From: Candidatus Micrarchaeota archaeon
Lineage (GTDB): Archaea; Micrarchaeota; Micrarchaeia; Micrarchaeales; CABMGC01
Length of the DNA: 64,000 nt
Assembly: GCA_028867435.1 (NCBI GenBank)
Contig: JAGWGI010000003.1
Span: 15-64,014, forward strand
Direction: 5' to 3'
In this document: piece after piece, positions 43,804 through 52,805 of the stretch
Layout: the number at the start of each line of letters is the position of its first letter
Position numbering within the stretch: the stretch's first letter is position 1
Notes under the pieces: model-generated
Told to the model about the DNA's origin: nothing
Databases searched by the model: none
The model's input: the letters and a program-made list of their open reading frames with translations, nothing else
Position numbers and translations under genes: made by a program

Positions 43804-44772
43804 ATGAAGGAACCTTTTGTCGCAATCATTGTCGCAAACTACAATGGCAAGAGTTATCTCTACAAGAAGAAGCCGATATTAGAGCAGTGCCTAACGCCCC
43901 TGCTCAAGACAGATTACAAGAACTATAGGATTATAGTCGCAGATGATTGCTCCACTGATGATAGTCTGGAATATCTAAGGAGGAAGCGCAAGAACATTGA
44001 TCTCACCAAGACAGAACAGAATGGCAAGTTTGCCAGAAATAACAATAATGGCATAAGGTACGCAATCAGGAAATACAATCCTGATTATATTGTGCTGCTC
44101 AGCAATGACGTCATAGCAAAGGAGCGCAACTGGCTACGTAAGATGGTGAAGCTCGCCGAATCGGAAGAAAGTGCAGGCCTAATCGGGCCGAAGCTGGTGT
44201 ATCCTAATGGAAGGATACAAAATGCCGGCATACCATTCAACACCATGCTGCACACTCGTGGACAGACTGATATTGACAGGCCGGAGTATAGCAAGGTCGA
44301 GAGGATGGAGGCAGTGGTTGCCGTCGCGGTAATGATAAAGAGGAAGGTAATAGACAAAATAGGCCTTCTGGATGAGAACTTCAGAGGGACATTCGAGGAC
44401 ATAGACTTCTGCCTGCGCGTCAACGAGGCGGGCTTCAGTATAATGTACGACGGAGAAGTTAGGTTGATACACTTGCACAGCTTCACTAACAACATACTGG
44501 CAAAGCACTTACAGAACAAGGAGGAGGGACTATACAATGAACAGCGCAACTGTAGCTACTTCATACTCAAGCATTTCAATGGCGCGCGGATTGTACCTGC
44601 GTTCATCTGGTTGCTGATGAGGCTCATAGTCGTCGGAGGAGGTCATGGGATAGTGGGGATAGGCAACTTCAAGATTGAGGGCCCGATAATCAAGAAGCTT
44701 GGAATATCTATTAAGGCATGGTCTGACAGTGTGAAGTTCTATAACAGTCTAGAAAGGGTTGAGAAGAGATGA
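43804..44772 (+). CDS. Family 2 glycosyltransferase
   Basis: It has VAIIVANYNGKSYL.., ..IIVADDCSTDDS.. and ..EDIDFCLRV. The ATG at 43804 lies inside track ORF 43741-44772. Confidence 0.8.
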   Translation: MKEPFVAIIVANYNGKSYLYKKKPILEQCLTPLLKTDYKNYRIIVADDCSTDDSLEYLRRKRKNIDLTKTEQNGKFARNNNNGIRYAIRKYNPDYIVLLSNDVIAKERNWLRKMVKLAESEESAGLIGPKLVYPNGRIQNAGIPFNTMLHTRGQTDIDRPEYSKVERMEAVVAVAVMIKRKVIDKIGLLDENFRGTFEDIDFCLRVNEAGFSIMYDGEVRLIHLHSFTNNILAKHLQNKEEGLYNEQRNCSYFILKHFNGARIVPAFIWLLMRLIVVGGGHGIVGIGNFKIEGPIIKKLGISIKAWSDSVKFYNSLERVEKR

Positions 44773-45803
44773 TGGGGGGAGGACTAAACACATTTGATTT
44801 GGCAGTGGCAAAGATGAAGAATGCCCAGTCTCTGCTTTATTCATTATTCCAGATTTCTGGGTATATGAAGAACTGGTATGAGGTGGTTCTGTTATATTTT
44901 GGTATAAGAACGAAGCTTGTTGCCAAGCTTGTAGATGGAGGGGAATGCAGAATAAATGGGATGGAGGGATACTACATATTCAGAAACTGCAGGTTCGTGC
45001 CTTGGTATATGAAACTGCACAATGGCATCGATTCAAAATTTGAAAGGGGCAGGCTTAAACTTGCCGTAGGGAATAGGAAGCTTGTATTTAATTATGGCAA
45101 CCAAAGGGATCTTGCCAATATATTCAGCATACTCTATGAACTGCTCGTGGATGGGGAGTACTCAGAGCTTGAGGTGAAGAACAAACAGGTTGTGGACATA
45201 GGTGCCAGTTTCGGGGACACTGCGATTTACTTTGCTATCAGAGGCGCACAGCACGTCTATGCCTTCGAGCTCTATCCTTCTTCATACTTGATTGGTACCA
45301 AAAACGTGGCCGCAAACACGCTGAAAAATAGAATAACTTTTTTGAATGAAGGATGCGGTCCTGAATCAGGAAGTATCTTTATCGACCCAAAACATGTGAG
45401 CACTGTATTTAGCAATGTCGGAACAACTAAAGGTTTACCAATAGTAATGGGATATGGATTGGGTTGTAAAAGCATGGTATTTGAAAAGGCGAAGAAGATT
45501 AAAACAGGCAAGAAGATAAAGATTAGCACCCTTGATGAGATTGTGCGCAGATACGGGATTAATGACGGGGCCCTCAAAATTGATTGCGAGGGAGCAGAAT
45601 ACGGAATAATATTAGGGGCAAATAATAATACTTTAAAGAGATTCACTCAGATGATTATAGAATATCATTATGGGTACAGAGATCTGATTAAGAAGCTCCA
45701 TGCTGCCGGGTTTGACTGCACTCACACTATGCCCAGAGAGATGACTGGTGGTTCAGGGGAGAGATTTGAGATCGGATTCATAAGTGCTAGAAGAAGGAGT
45801 TAG
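44769..45803 (+). CDS. FkbM-family SAM methyltransferase (paralog 2)
   Basis: It has VVDIGASFGDTAIYFAIRGAQHVYAFE.., ..ALKIDCEGAEYGII.. and ..MIIEYHYGY. It overlaps the upstream GT2 by 4 nt. Confidence 0.8.
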   Translation: MMGGGLNTFDLAVAKMKNAQSLLYSLFQISGYMKNWYEVVLLYFGIRTKLVAKLVDGGECRINGMEGYYIFRNCRFVPWYMKLHNGIDSKFERGRLKLAVGNRKLVFNYGNQRDLANIFSILYELLVDGEYSELEVKNKQVVDIGASFGDTAIYFAIRGAQHVYAFELYPSSYLIGTKNVAANTLKNRITFLNEGCGPESGSIFIDPKHVSTVFSNVGTTKGLPIVMGYGLGCKSMVFEKAKKIKTGKKIKISTLDEIVRRYGINDGALKIDCEGAEYGIILGANNNTLKRFTQMIIEYHYGYRDLIKKLHAAGFDCTHTMPREMTGGSGERFEIGFISARRRS

Positions 45804-45824
45804 ACGGAGTATATTTGAATTGGT

Positions 45825-48299
45825 GTGCTTTTGGTAGACAATGCTTCTGTGGATGGTAAGTCTGGAAAGGCGCATGGCTTCTTTACTACGACCAACATAA
45901 TCTTCATAGTCTGCGCAATACTGATAGCGATAATTGCAATCTACTACAGGACGACAATGCTTGGATACTTTGGGTTCTACGAGCCTGACGGCTTTTTCCA
46001 CTACTCGGTCATACGCGCAGCAGTTGAGCACGGGTTTGCGGTGCCCAAGTTCCTTGGAATATCAGGATGGCCGAAAAATTCCGCAGTTACAGAATCTATA
46101 GGGCTATACTGGGCGACTCTGCTTCCGTATGCGTTCTTGCAGTATGTCGGGGTTAGCTACTATACTGTGATGAGGCTTGTTCCCATTCTCTTTGCAATAT
46201 TCGACATGATAGGAGCCTTCTACCTTGCCAGATATTTCAACAAGGACAAGCTTTTCGGGCTTCTTGTGATGCTATTTGTCGCACTTAGCATGGGAAATGC
46301 GGCAAGAACCAGCGCTCTTGTCTACAGGGGCGATGGATTCATCTCGATATTTATCATCATCGCGCTGATACTGATGCTTGAGGTCATCAAGTCCCAGACT
46401 TGGCAGCGCAAGCTTAGGCTTGCGGTGCTCTCTGCAGCTGTGCTGAGCGTTGGCAACCTGGCCTGGGCCGGTGGCACAGTGGCAATCTCGATATACATGG
46501 GCGCCTTCGTGCTCCTGCTCGCTTATGGATTTGTAAAGGAAGACAAAGCAATGATCGACAATTCGAGGTTCCTGCTCCTTGGAATACTTGTCTGGTCTAT
46601 CCTCACAAGCATCTACACAGACGTAGGATTTATCTCTGCGCAGAACGCTGCATTCACCGGGGTATATTTCCTGCTGCTCTTTATCATGATGGCTATCGGG
46701 ACAGAGATTGCAAGGGCACTGGTGCACCGCAAGGATAGATTCTCAGTATACATGTCCAGCCTTCCAAGGAGGTTATTTGCCGGGATCGCACTTATCGGGA
46801 TTGCGTTCCTTGTGATCTATGCAATCGCGCCGCAGGTGCTCTACTATGTGCTTGTTGGCAACGGCTTCACAGCAAACAACGGATTCGGCTTCTCCATCGA
46901 GGAATTGCAACCACCGACCCCTGCATTCTTCTTCGCAAGTTTTGGATCCACGATTTTCATGACACCGATGTCCCTGCTTCTCTACTATTCGACGTATTAC
47001 CTAAACCTGCGCGACCTCTTCTGGCTGGCATCTTTCCTTGCGGTGTTTTTGTATGCTTTTGCCAGCACCGAAAATGTGGATACCCAAAAGATAATGGGCG
47101 GAAGGGCGCACATAAAGTTTGCGATGAGCGCCGCGCTGCTCGTGCTGATCGCCTATTACGGGGTCACCTCTTATTTGCAGCTCAACGCCGTGAGGTTCAA
47201 CTCCCTGCTCTCAATACCGATGGCTATCTTCGTCGCATACACCGTATACTGGCTGCTGCTCTACCTAAAGAACATAAGGAACTACGGCACAGTACTTCTG
47301 GTCTTCGGACTGGTGCTCGTCGCAGCGCTGCTCATCTACCTTGCATACATAGACATCCAGTACTCGAACTCGCTTGTGCAGGCAGACAACATCAACCCGC
47401 AGTTCATAAGCGCACTGCACTGGTATAAGAGCAACACCAACACCAGCGCTGTGACCCTCACCCTCTGGCCTGATGGCAGCGTTGTGGAGGGGGTTGCAAA
47501 CAGGACAAGCGTGACTGACAGCGTGGGATCGCAGTACGCATACAAGGCAGGGCCGTTTGCAACATGGGTGCTAAACTCCAGCAGCAACCCGCAGTTCCTC
47601 GATAGGAACATAACAGGCAGGCCGAACTACCTGCTCGTCAGGTACACCTGGCTTCTCGAGGACTCAGGGATACTCTCAGAGAGCGGCATAAACTACACCT
47701 CGTTCAATAGGACCCTAACACATAGGATACTCTCGAGCTTTGGCAAGAGTTCAATCTCGCAGCTAAATGCCTCTGAGATAAGCTCCTTCAACCAGAGCAT
47801 AGGCCAGTACTACGGCTACGACCCATTCTACTCCTTTAGCGAGCAGAAGAACGGGACGTTCCAGTCCTTCACTCTAATCAACTCCCAGCAGAAACTTGAG
47901 GCAAAGCTGATACTAAACGCCTCGCCAGGATCGCACCAGGTGATAAGCTACATAGTGCTCGGCAACAGGATTTCGCCGTACAAGTACATAGTATTCTACA
48001 ACCAGTACAACGCAAGCTACCAGAGGCTGGAGCAGACGGGGTTCAACCAGACCAACAACCAGACCCTGCTCCTCACGTACTCTAGCGTGCCAAGGCCAGG
48101 GGCTTTTGTGAACGTGACTGGTGCAATAATGTTCAATTCCGGCATTGCGCAGAGCAACATGTTCAAGTTCTTATATTTGTGCGGGCAGGGCGCGTGCGCA
48201 TGGGACAACAACCTAGCAAGCCTGAAGACTGTCTACATAAACAGCGACACTAAGATCTACAAGATAATCTACAACGACACCAATGCAACTGCAGGATAG
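45825..48299 (+). CDS. GT-C fold glycosyltransferase, divergent STT3/AglB-like oligosaccharyltransferase candidate
   Basis: 824 aa. The first-loop acidic motif FYEPDGFFHYSV is followed by about 13 TM segments, then LTLWPDGSVVEGVANRTSVTD (WWDYG-like) and a roughly 300-aa sequon-rich soluble C-terminal domain. It has a GTG start. Confidence 0.6.
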   Translation: MLLVDNASVDGKSGKAHGFFTTTNIIFIVCAILIAIIAIYYRTTMLGYFGFYEPDGFFHYSVIRAAVEHGFAVPKFLGISGWPKNSAVTESIGLYWATLLPYAFLQYVGVSYYTVMRLVPILFAIFDMIGAFYLARYFNKDKLFGLLVMLFVALSMGNAARTSALVYRGDGFISIFIIIALILMLEVIKSQTWQRKLRLAVLSAAVLSVGNLAWAGGTVAISIYMGAFVLLLAYGFVKEDKAMIDNSRFLLLGILVWSILTSIYTDVGFISAQNAAFTGVYFLLLFIMMAIGTEIARALVHRKDRFSVYMSSLPRRLFAGIALIGIAFLVIYAIAPQVLYYVLVGNGFTANNGFGFSIEELQPPTPAFFFASFGSTIFMTPMSLLLYYSTYYLNLRDLFWLASFLAVFLYAFASTENVDTQKIMGGRAHIKFAMSAALLVLIAYYGVTSYLQLNAVRFNSLLSIPMAIFVAYTVYWLLLYLKNIRNYGTVLLVFGLVLVAALLIYLAYIDIQYSNSLVQADNINPQFISALHWYKSNTNTSAVTLTLWPDGSVVEGVANRTSVTDSVGSQYAYKAGPFATWVLNSSSNPQFLDRNITGRPNYLLVRYTWLLEDSGILSESGINYTSFNRTLTHRILSSFGKSSISQLNASEISSFNQSIGQYYGYDPFYSFSEQKNGTFQSFTLINSQQKLEAKLILNASPGSHQVISYIVLGNRISPYKYIVFYNQYNASYQRLEQTGFNQTNNQTLLLTYSSVPRPGAFVNVTGAIMFNSGIAQSNMFKFLYLCGQGACAWDNNLASLKTVYINSDTKIYKIIYNDTNATAG

Positions 48300-48316
48300 A
48301 AACGCCAAGGAATAGG

Positions 48317-48338
48317 AAGGAAAAAACAAAAGAAAGAA
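48317..48338 (-). terminator. Pyrimidine/T-rich tract downstream of the 124-aa membrane gene (22-nt motif shared with 48871-48892)
   Basis: The minus strand reads ttctttcttttgttttttcctt, and 21/22 nt are identical to the tract after the paralog. Oligo-T runs on the plus strand (48345-48350, 48361-48365) may terminate the AglB-like gene. Confidence 0.35.
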
Positions 48339-48374
48339 AACCAATTTTTTCTAATGCTATTTTTGCCTCTGGCC

Positions 48375-48749
48375 CTACTTCTGGCTCATCTTCGCCATGC
48401 CAAGGCCAAGCCAGATCAGAACGAACCCGAGCACAGATGCCCACATTGCCCAGCCAACTGCCATTCCTGCTATTGCGACAAGGGATATTGCGCCTAGTAC
48501 CATCGAGTTCTTCACTGAAGTCAGCATAGCCTCGTTCCATCCCCAGACCAGGCTTGCCAGGCTGGTGAAGAATAGGGCGACACCAGATAGCACACCTATT
48601 GCCCAGAGCAGCGGCCCGAGCTGGCCGAGCGTACCAAACCAGCTTCCAGAGGTAAGGCTGCCAAGAGCCCCGAACGCTACTCCCAAGAATAGCAGACTGC
48701 CTATGAAGACGAGTGCGAACACTCCTGCGTTTTTGTTGCCTTTTGCCAT
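48375..48749 (-). CDS. Small 4-TM membrane protein (tandem paralog A)
   Basis: It starts MAKGNKNAGV.. and contains ..LWAIGVL..LFFTSLASLVWGWNE... The start is the internal ATG at 48749. Confidence 0.55.
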   Translation of the reverse strand: MAKGNKNAGVFALVFIGSLLFLGVAFGALGSLTSGSWFGTLGQLGPLLWAIGVLSGVALFFTSLASLVWGWNEAMLTSVKNSMVLGAISLVAIAGMAVGWAMWASVLGFVLIWLGLGMAKMSQK

Positions 48750-48922
48750 TTCATCACGATAGAGCTTCAACGCATAGGTTTTTAAGTCTATTCCCGATTT
48801 ACGTCGAACTGGCCCTCCAGGAGCCTTGGCAGGCAGGGCTTTGCTGGGGGCGTGAAAATAAAAAAAGGAAAAGGAAAAAATAAAAGAAAGAACTTAGCCC
48901 GATTTTTAAGAAAGGACTGATC

Positions 48923-49324
48923 TTACTTCTTGTTGCCCATCGTCTCCTTCCATGCCATGGCGATTCCAATCCAGCTAAGGATGAATCCAACCACAACGGC
49001 TGCGAGCCAGATGTTCCATGAAGCCCCTGCGACTGTGACTGCGGCTACTGCCAGAGCCACTCCGCCTATCTGCGAGCCCCTCATGGCCATTCCTACGCCC
49101 ATCTCCTGCCAGCCCCAGGCAAAGCTGCCAAGGCTGCCGAAGAACAGCCCGATAGATGCCAGAAGACCTATTGCCCACAGCACGGTTGCCGCTCCTCCTA
49201 GGAACATGTTCCCGTTTCCTGAGACAAGATTGCCTCCTAGCGCGTTAGATGCTACATACAGGTACAGTAAGCTGCCCACTAATAGCAGTACTGATACTCC
49301 TGCATTCTTCATTGCTTTTGCCAT
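48923..49324 (-). CDS. Small 4-TM membrane protein (tandem paralog B)
   Basis: It starts MAKAMKNAGV.. and contains ..LWAIGLL..LFFGSLGSFAWGWQE... It is collinear with paralog A. Confidence 0.55.
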   Translation of the reverse strand: MAKAMKNAGVSVLLLVGSLLYLYVASNALGGNLVSGNGNMFLGGAATVLWAIGLLASIGLFFGSLGSFAWGWQEMGVGMAMRGSQIGGVALAVAAVTVAGASWNIWLAAVVVGFILSWIGIAMAWKETMGNKK

Positions 49325-49529
49325 TGTATCACGCTATCAACTGCCCAGCCTACCTTTTTAAGAGTATCCATTTGGCCTACAAAATATGTGGCATTTGACG
49401 AAGTGTGAAAGATGGGTTTAAGAAGGCTCTTTTGGGCTAGTGCCAGGCTTTGAAGGCAGTTTGGGAGCTATAAAGCCCAAATTACCAAGCCTATTAAAAT
49501 TGCGTATCTTAGATAATAGCAGTGAGAAT

Positions 49530-50648
49530 GTGAGGATAGCTTTTGCCTACGACTCGGCATACCCATGGGTGAAGGGGGGCATAGAGAGGAGGATGTTTCT
49601 TATAATGCAGGAGATGGTTGGAGAGGGGCACGAGGTGCACATGTTTAGCATGTTCAGGGAGGGCATGAAAAGCTATGAGTTCAAGCAGAACGGGATACAC
49701 TATCACTGCGTTGGAAGCGCGCTCCCCACAAAAGAGATGTACAAAAACGGCAGGCGCAATATAGGATGGGCAATTAAGTATGCGCTCCTGCTTGCCTTGA
49801 GGATTTGGGAGTACAGGTTTGATGTTATAGATGCTGATGCCTTTCCGTTCCTTCATATACCAATGCTTGGGATCTACGCCTTCCTCACAGGGACAAAATT
49901 CATAGTCACATGGGACGAGGCCTGGGATCTTGACTACTGGCTAAAGTACTTAAGCTTTGGGGGCATTGCAGGCTTTTTGATGGAGAAGCTAAGTGCAATC
50001 TCGACAGATCGCATGATAGCAAACATGTCCGATACCAAGGAGGAGATGGTCAAAAACCTTGATGTGAACCCTGAGAATGTGGAGGTGCTACCTGCAGCAA
50101 TCTCGGCAAAGGAGATGCGGGATTTTAGGAGCAAGCACAGGGCGACTAAACGTGAGGGATTTGTAGTGGTCGCAAGGCTTGTGCACTACAAGAGGGTTGA
50201 TTTGGCCATACGCGCAGTAGCAGGAACTGGGGAGAGGCTCACGGTGATCGGCAGCGGGCCGGAGAGGGACAGGCTAATGGCCCTTGCCAAGCGGCTTGGA
50301 ATCTCAAAGAGGGTAGTGTTCACCCAGGGACTATCCGAATACGAGTACAAGAGGGCTCTTAGCTATGCCAAGGCGCTGCTCATGTTCTCAAAGAAGGAAG
50401 GAATGTCGATAACAACCATAGAGGCACTCGCACTTGGAACGCCTGTGATAATAACAGAGGATACATCTCTGCCAAGGCAAATCAGGAGATACTGCATCAC
50501 AATGGAGCTCGGGAAGGGCGCGCTGAACAATTTTGCAAAGAGGGGATACCTATCGACTGGACTCACAAAGGCGGTTAGCGACAAGGTGATTGGGGAGTTC
50601 TCTGTAGAGCAGGCAGGCAGAGTCTATGACAGATTGTGCAAGAGATAG
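49530..50648 (+). CDS. Family 4 (GT-B) glycosyltransferase
   Basis: It has (V)RIAFAYDSAYPWVKGGIERR.. and ..LLMFSKKEGMSITTIEALALGTPVI. The start is probably the GTG at 49530, though the track ORF begins at 49440. Confidence 0.7.
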   Translation: MRIAFAYDSAYPWVKGGIERRMFLIMQEMVGEGHEVHMFSMFREGMKSYEFKQNGIHYHCVGSALPTKEMYKNGRRNIGWAIKYALLLALRIWEYRFDVIDADAFPFLHIPMLGIYAFLTGTKFIVTWDEAWDLDYWLKYLSFGGIAGFLMEKLSAISTDRMIANMSDTKEEMVKNLDVNPENVEVLPAAISAKEMRDFRSKHRATKREGFVVVARLVHYKRVDLAIRAVAGTGERLTVIGSGPERDRLMALAKRLGISKRVVFTQGLSEYEYKRALSYAKALLMFSKKEGMSITTIEALALGTPVIITEDTSLPRQIRRYCITMELGKGALNNFAKRGYLSTGLTKAVSDKVIGEFSVEQAGRVYDRLCKR

Positions 50649-50704
50649 GATACGTTCATACAATCTGCTATTTAAAAGCCGGAAAGCGATACCCCTATGA
50701 TAAT

Positions 50705-51340
50705 ATGGATGGCACCAAGACATTCGCTCATGAGCGCATGGCCAAGAAGCTGGAAGACGCAATAGGCAGCATACTTAGGGAGCCGAGGAATGCTGAGAAG
50801 GCATCGAAAATACTCATTAGTAAGAACAGCGACTATAACATAGGCAAATTCATGCTCAAGAAGATAAGGAGGAAGATAGAGAAGGATCTCTCAAACGACC
50901 TAAATAGGGAGAAGGATAGGAAGTCAGAACTTGCCACAGAAAGGGGATATCAGATTGCAAGATATGCAACATTGCCATCTATTGCCGCTGTCGGGATAGG
51001 GTTGCTGGTTATGGGAATAACTGACAGGTTTGGAGATTATTCGGCCATCATCGCAGCAGTGCCAGGGCTTATTGGGCCGCTTGGTAGCCTCATAGTCTTT
51101 AGTGAAATTATAAAGGGGGATGAATTTTACTTCGATAAGATAAGAAAGGGGATATCAGAGGCTGGCAGGGAAATCGACGAGATAAGGAAGAAAATTGCAT
51201 TCATAAAGTATAGCTTCCACACCGACCTGGATCTTCAGGCAATATACAAGAGAGTGAAGAAGCAGGATGGAGAGATGAGAGACGCAGTAGTGCGCATGAC
51301 AAAATCAGAATTTGACAAGGTGGCAAAGGGCTCACGCTAA
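50705..51340 (+). CDS. Hypothetical protein with two central TM segments
   Basis: It is 211 aa from the ATG at 50705, with charged helical flanks and the hydrophobic core ..LPSIAAVGIGLLVMGI..AIIAAVPGLIGPLGSLIVF. Confidence 0.4.
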   Translation: MDGTKTFAHERMAKKLEDAIGSILREPRNAEKASKILISKNSDYNIGKFMLKKIRRKIEKDLSNDLNREKDRKSELATERGYQIARYATLPSIAAVGIGLLVMGITDRFGDYSAIIAAVPGLIGPLGSLIVFSEIIKGDEFYFDKIRKGISEAGREIDEIRKKIAFIKYSFHTDLDLQAIYKRVKKQDGEMRDAVVRMTKSEFDKVAKGSR

Positions 51341-51483
51341 TCCTTGGTTTCATGCCAATTGAGTTGGAAGGCCTACGAGAGGCCGTAAAGGAAGTAAATA
51401 ACTTGGGCCTCCGTTCTTTATGCAGGGAAAAAACTCATAAATATTTCCTTCCATATAAGACTATCAGTATGTCCGTATCCGAG

Positions 51484-52386
51484 TCAGGATTTTTGCAGCT
51501 TTCCCAGATAGATTTTGGACTCTTTTAAGTATCTTTTGAAGAACCACTGTACAAATATACCCTCGTCATTTTTAATATTGGAACGTTCAAGGGCATTATA
51601 GTAGCTTGCCCTATCCGTATACCTGATGTCTAGCATAGGGTAGCCGTTTTTATGCAGTATGAAATTCATTATGAGCCTGCCGATCCTTCCGTTTCCATCT
51701 CCAAAAGGATGTGCGGTCTCAAATCTAAGATGGGCAATGGCTGCAAGTTCTACGGTATCTAGCTTATCCTTTTCCGTAGAATACCACTTAAAGAACTCGG
51801 AGGCATAGGACTCCACAGCCTGATATGGCGGCGGAGTGAAGTCGCTTCCCGAGATGTAGACGTTGTAGTCTCTTAACCTGCCAGCCATAGCGGATTTCGT
51901 TGCGCTAAATAGCTCCTTGTGCCACCTGAGGATCAAACCAAGAGAGAGTTCGCCGTTGTAGTTTATCATTTCGTAGAATACGTCTCTGTGCGCCTCCGTT
52001 TCCTTTATGTCGCTAATTGGCCGGTTCTTCGGGCTGAGGCCTAGCCCCAAAAGAGCTGCGGTGTCCTTAAGCGAAAGCTTTGAACCTTCTATCCTGCTTG
52101 TATCATAGGTAAATCTGACCAGAAACGCCTCCATGTTCCTTTTCTTCGCATCCGAAGGTGTTCTGCGCATCTGTTTTTGATATTCTGCCCTGATGCTATC
52201 GAACAACCCAAACCACTTCTCCTTGTATATTTGGAGGGTAAATTCTTTCTTTAGTCTCGCGGTGTTATTTGGCAGTTTTGTGCCCAAATACGTCTCCTTG
52301 TATTTTTTCTTGCCGTTTAAGGCGTATGTGTGGCTTAGGTAGAAGTAGGTCTTGCCTTTTATCTCCCTTTTCTTTATTGTGACCAC
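51484..52386 (-). CDS. Fic/DOC family protein (class II, auto-inhibited AMPylase type)
   Basis: The Fic motif HPFGDGNGRIGR is present. The upstream inhibitory-helix motif TSRIEG fits [ST]xxxE[GN]. Confidence 0.9.
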   Translation of the reverse strand: MVTIKKREIKGKTYFYLSHTYALNGKKKYKETYLGTKLPNNTARLKKEFTLQIYKEKWFGLFDSIRAEYQKQMRRTPSDAKKRNMEAFLVRFTYDTSRIEGSKLSLKDTAALLGLGLSPKNRPISDIKETEAHRDVFYEMINYNGELSLGLILRWHKELFSATKSAMAGRLRDYNVYISGSDFTPPPYQAVESYASEFFKWYSTEKDKLDTVELAAIAHLRFETAHPFGDGNGRIGRLIMNFILHKNGYPMLDIRYTDRASYYNALERSNIKNDEGIFVQWFFKRYLKESKIYLGKLQKS

Positions 52387-52513
52387 GCTATACTTTTACA
52401 CCTAAAATATATAAATATTTGTATTTTGGTAGATTTTTAGGTGTAAATAATAAGAGAAAAGGTTACACTCGTTTTATGCTAAATTCATAATTTTACTAAA
52501 TAAAAAGGTGCAA

Positions 52514-52750
52514 TCAAAGATGCAATGGGGCCTTAGACTTTGCTTGATGCGCGGGAATAGTAGGCCCCTTTGGTACCTTTTTTGCCTTTATGAAGTTCAG
52601 TATCTCTATTCCTATTACCTTACCATTCTTATCCTTCTTTAGTATCATTTCATCTGACGTTTCCTCATTTATGGCTTCCTTCTTGTGATTGCCGAACCAG
52701 ATGTCTAGGGTATTGGCTCCCTTGTTAAATACAAGCTTTGCGTTTGTCAT
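52514..52750 (-). CDS. DUF2283-like small protein
   Basis: 78 aa. ..FNKGANTLDIWF.. and ..DKNGKVIGIEILN.. fit the DUF2283 pattern. Confidence 0.55.
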   Translation of the reverse strand: MTNAKLVFNKGANTLDIWFGNHKKEAINEETSDEMILKKDKNGKVIGIEILNFIKAKKVPKGPTIPAHQAKSKAPLHL

Positions 52751-52805
52751 ACAACTTCACCTTGCTCCTCAAAACTGAACCCGAATTTTGTCGTCTTAAA
52801 TGCTT

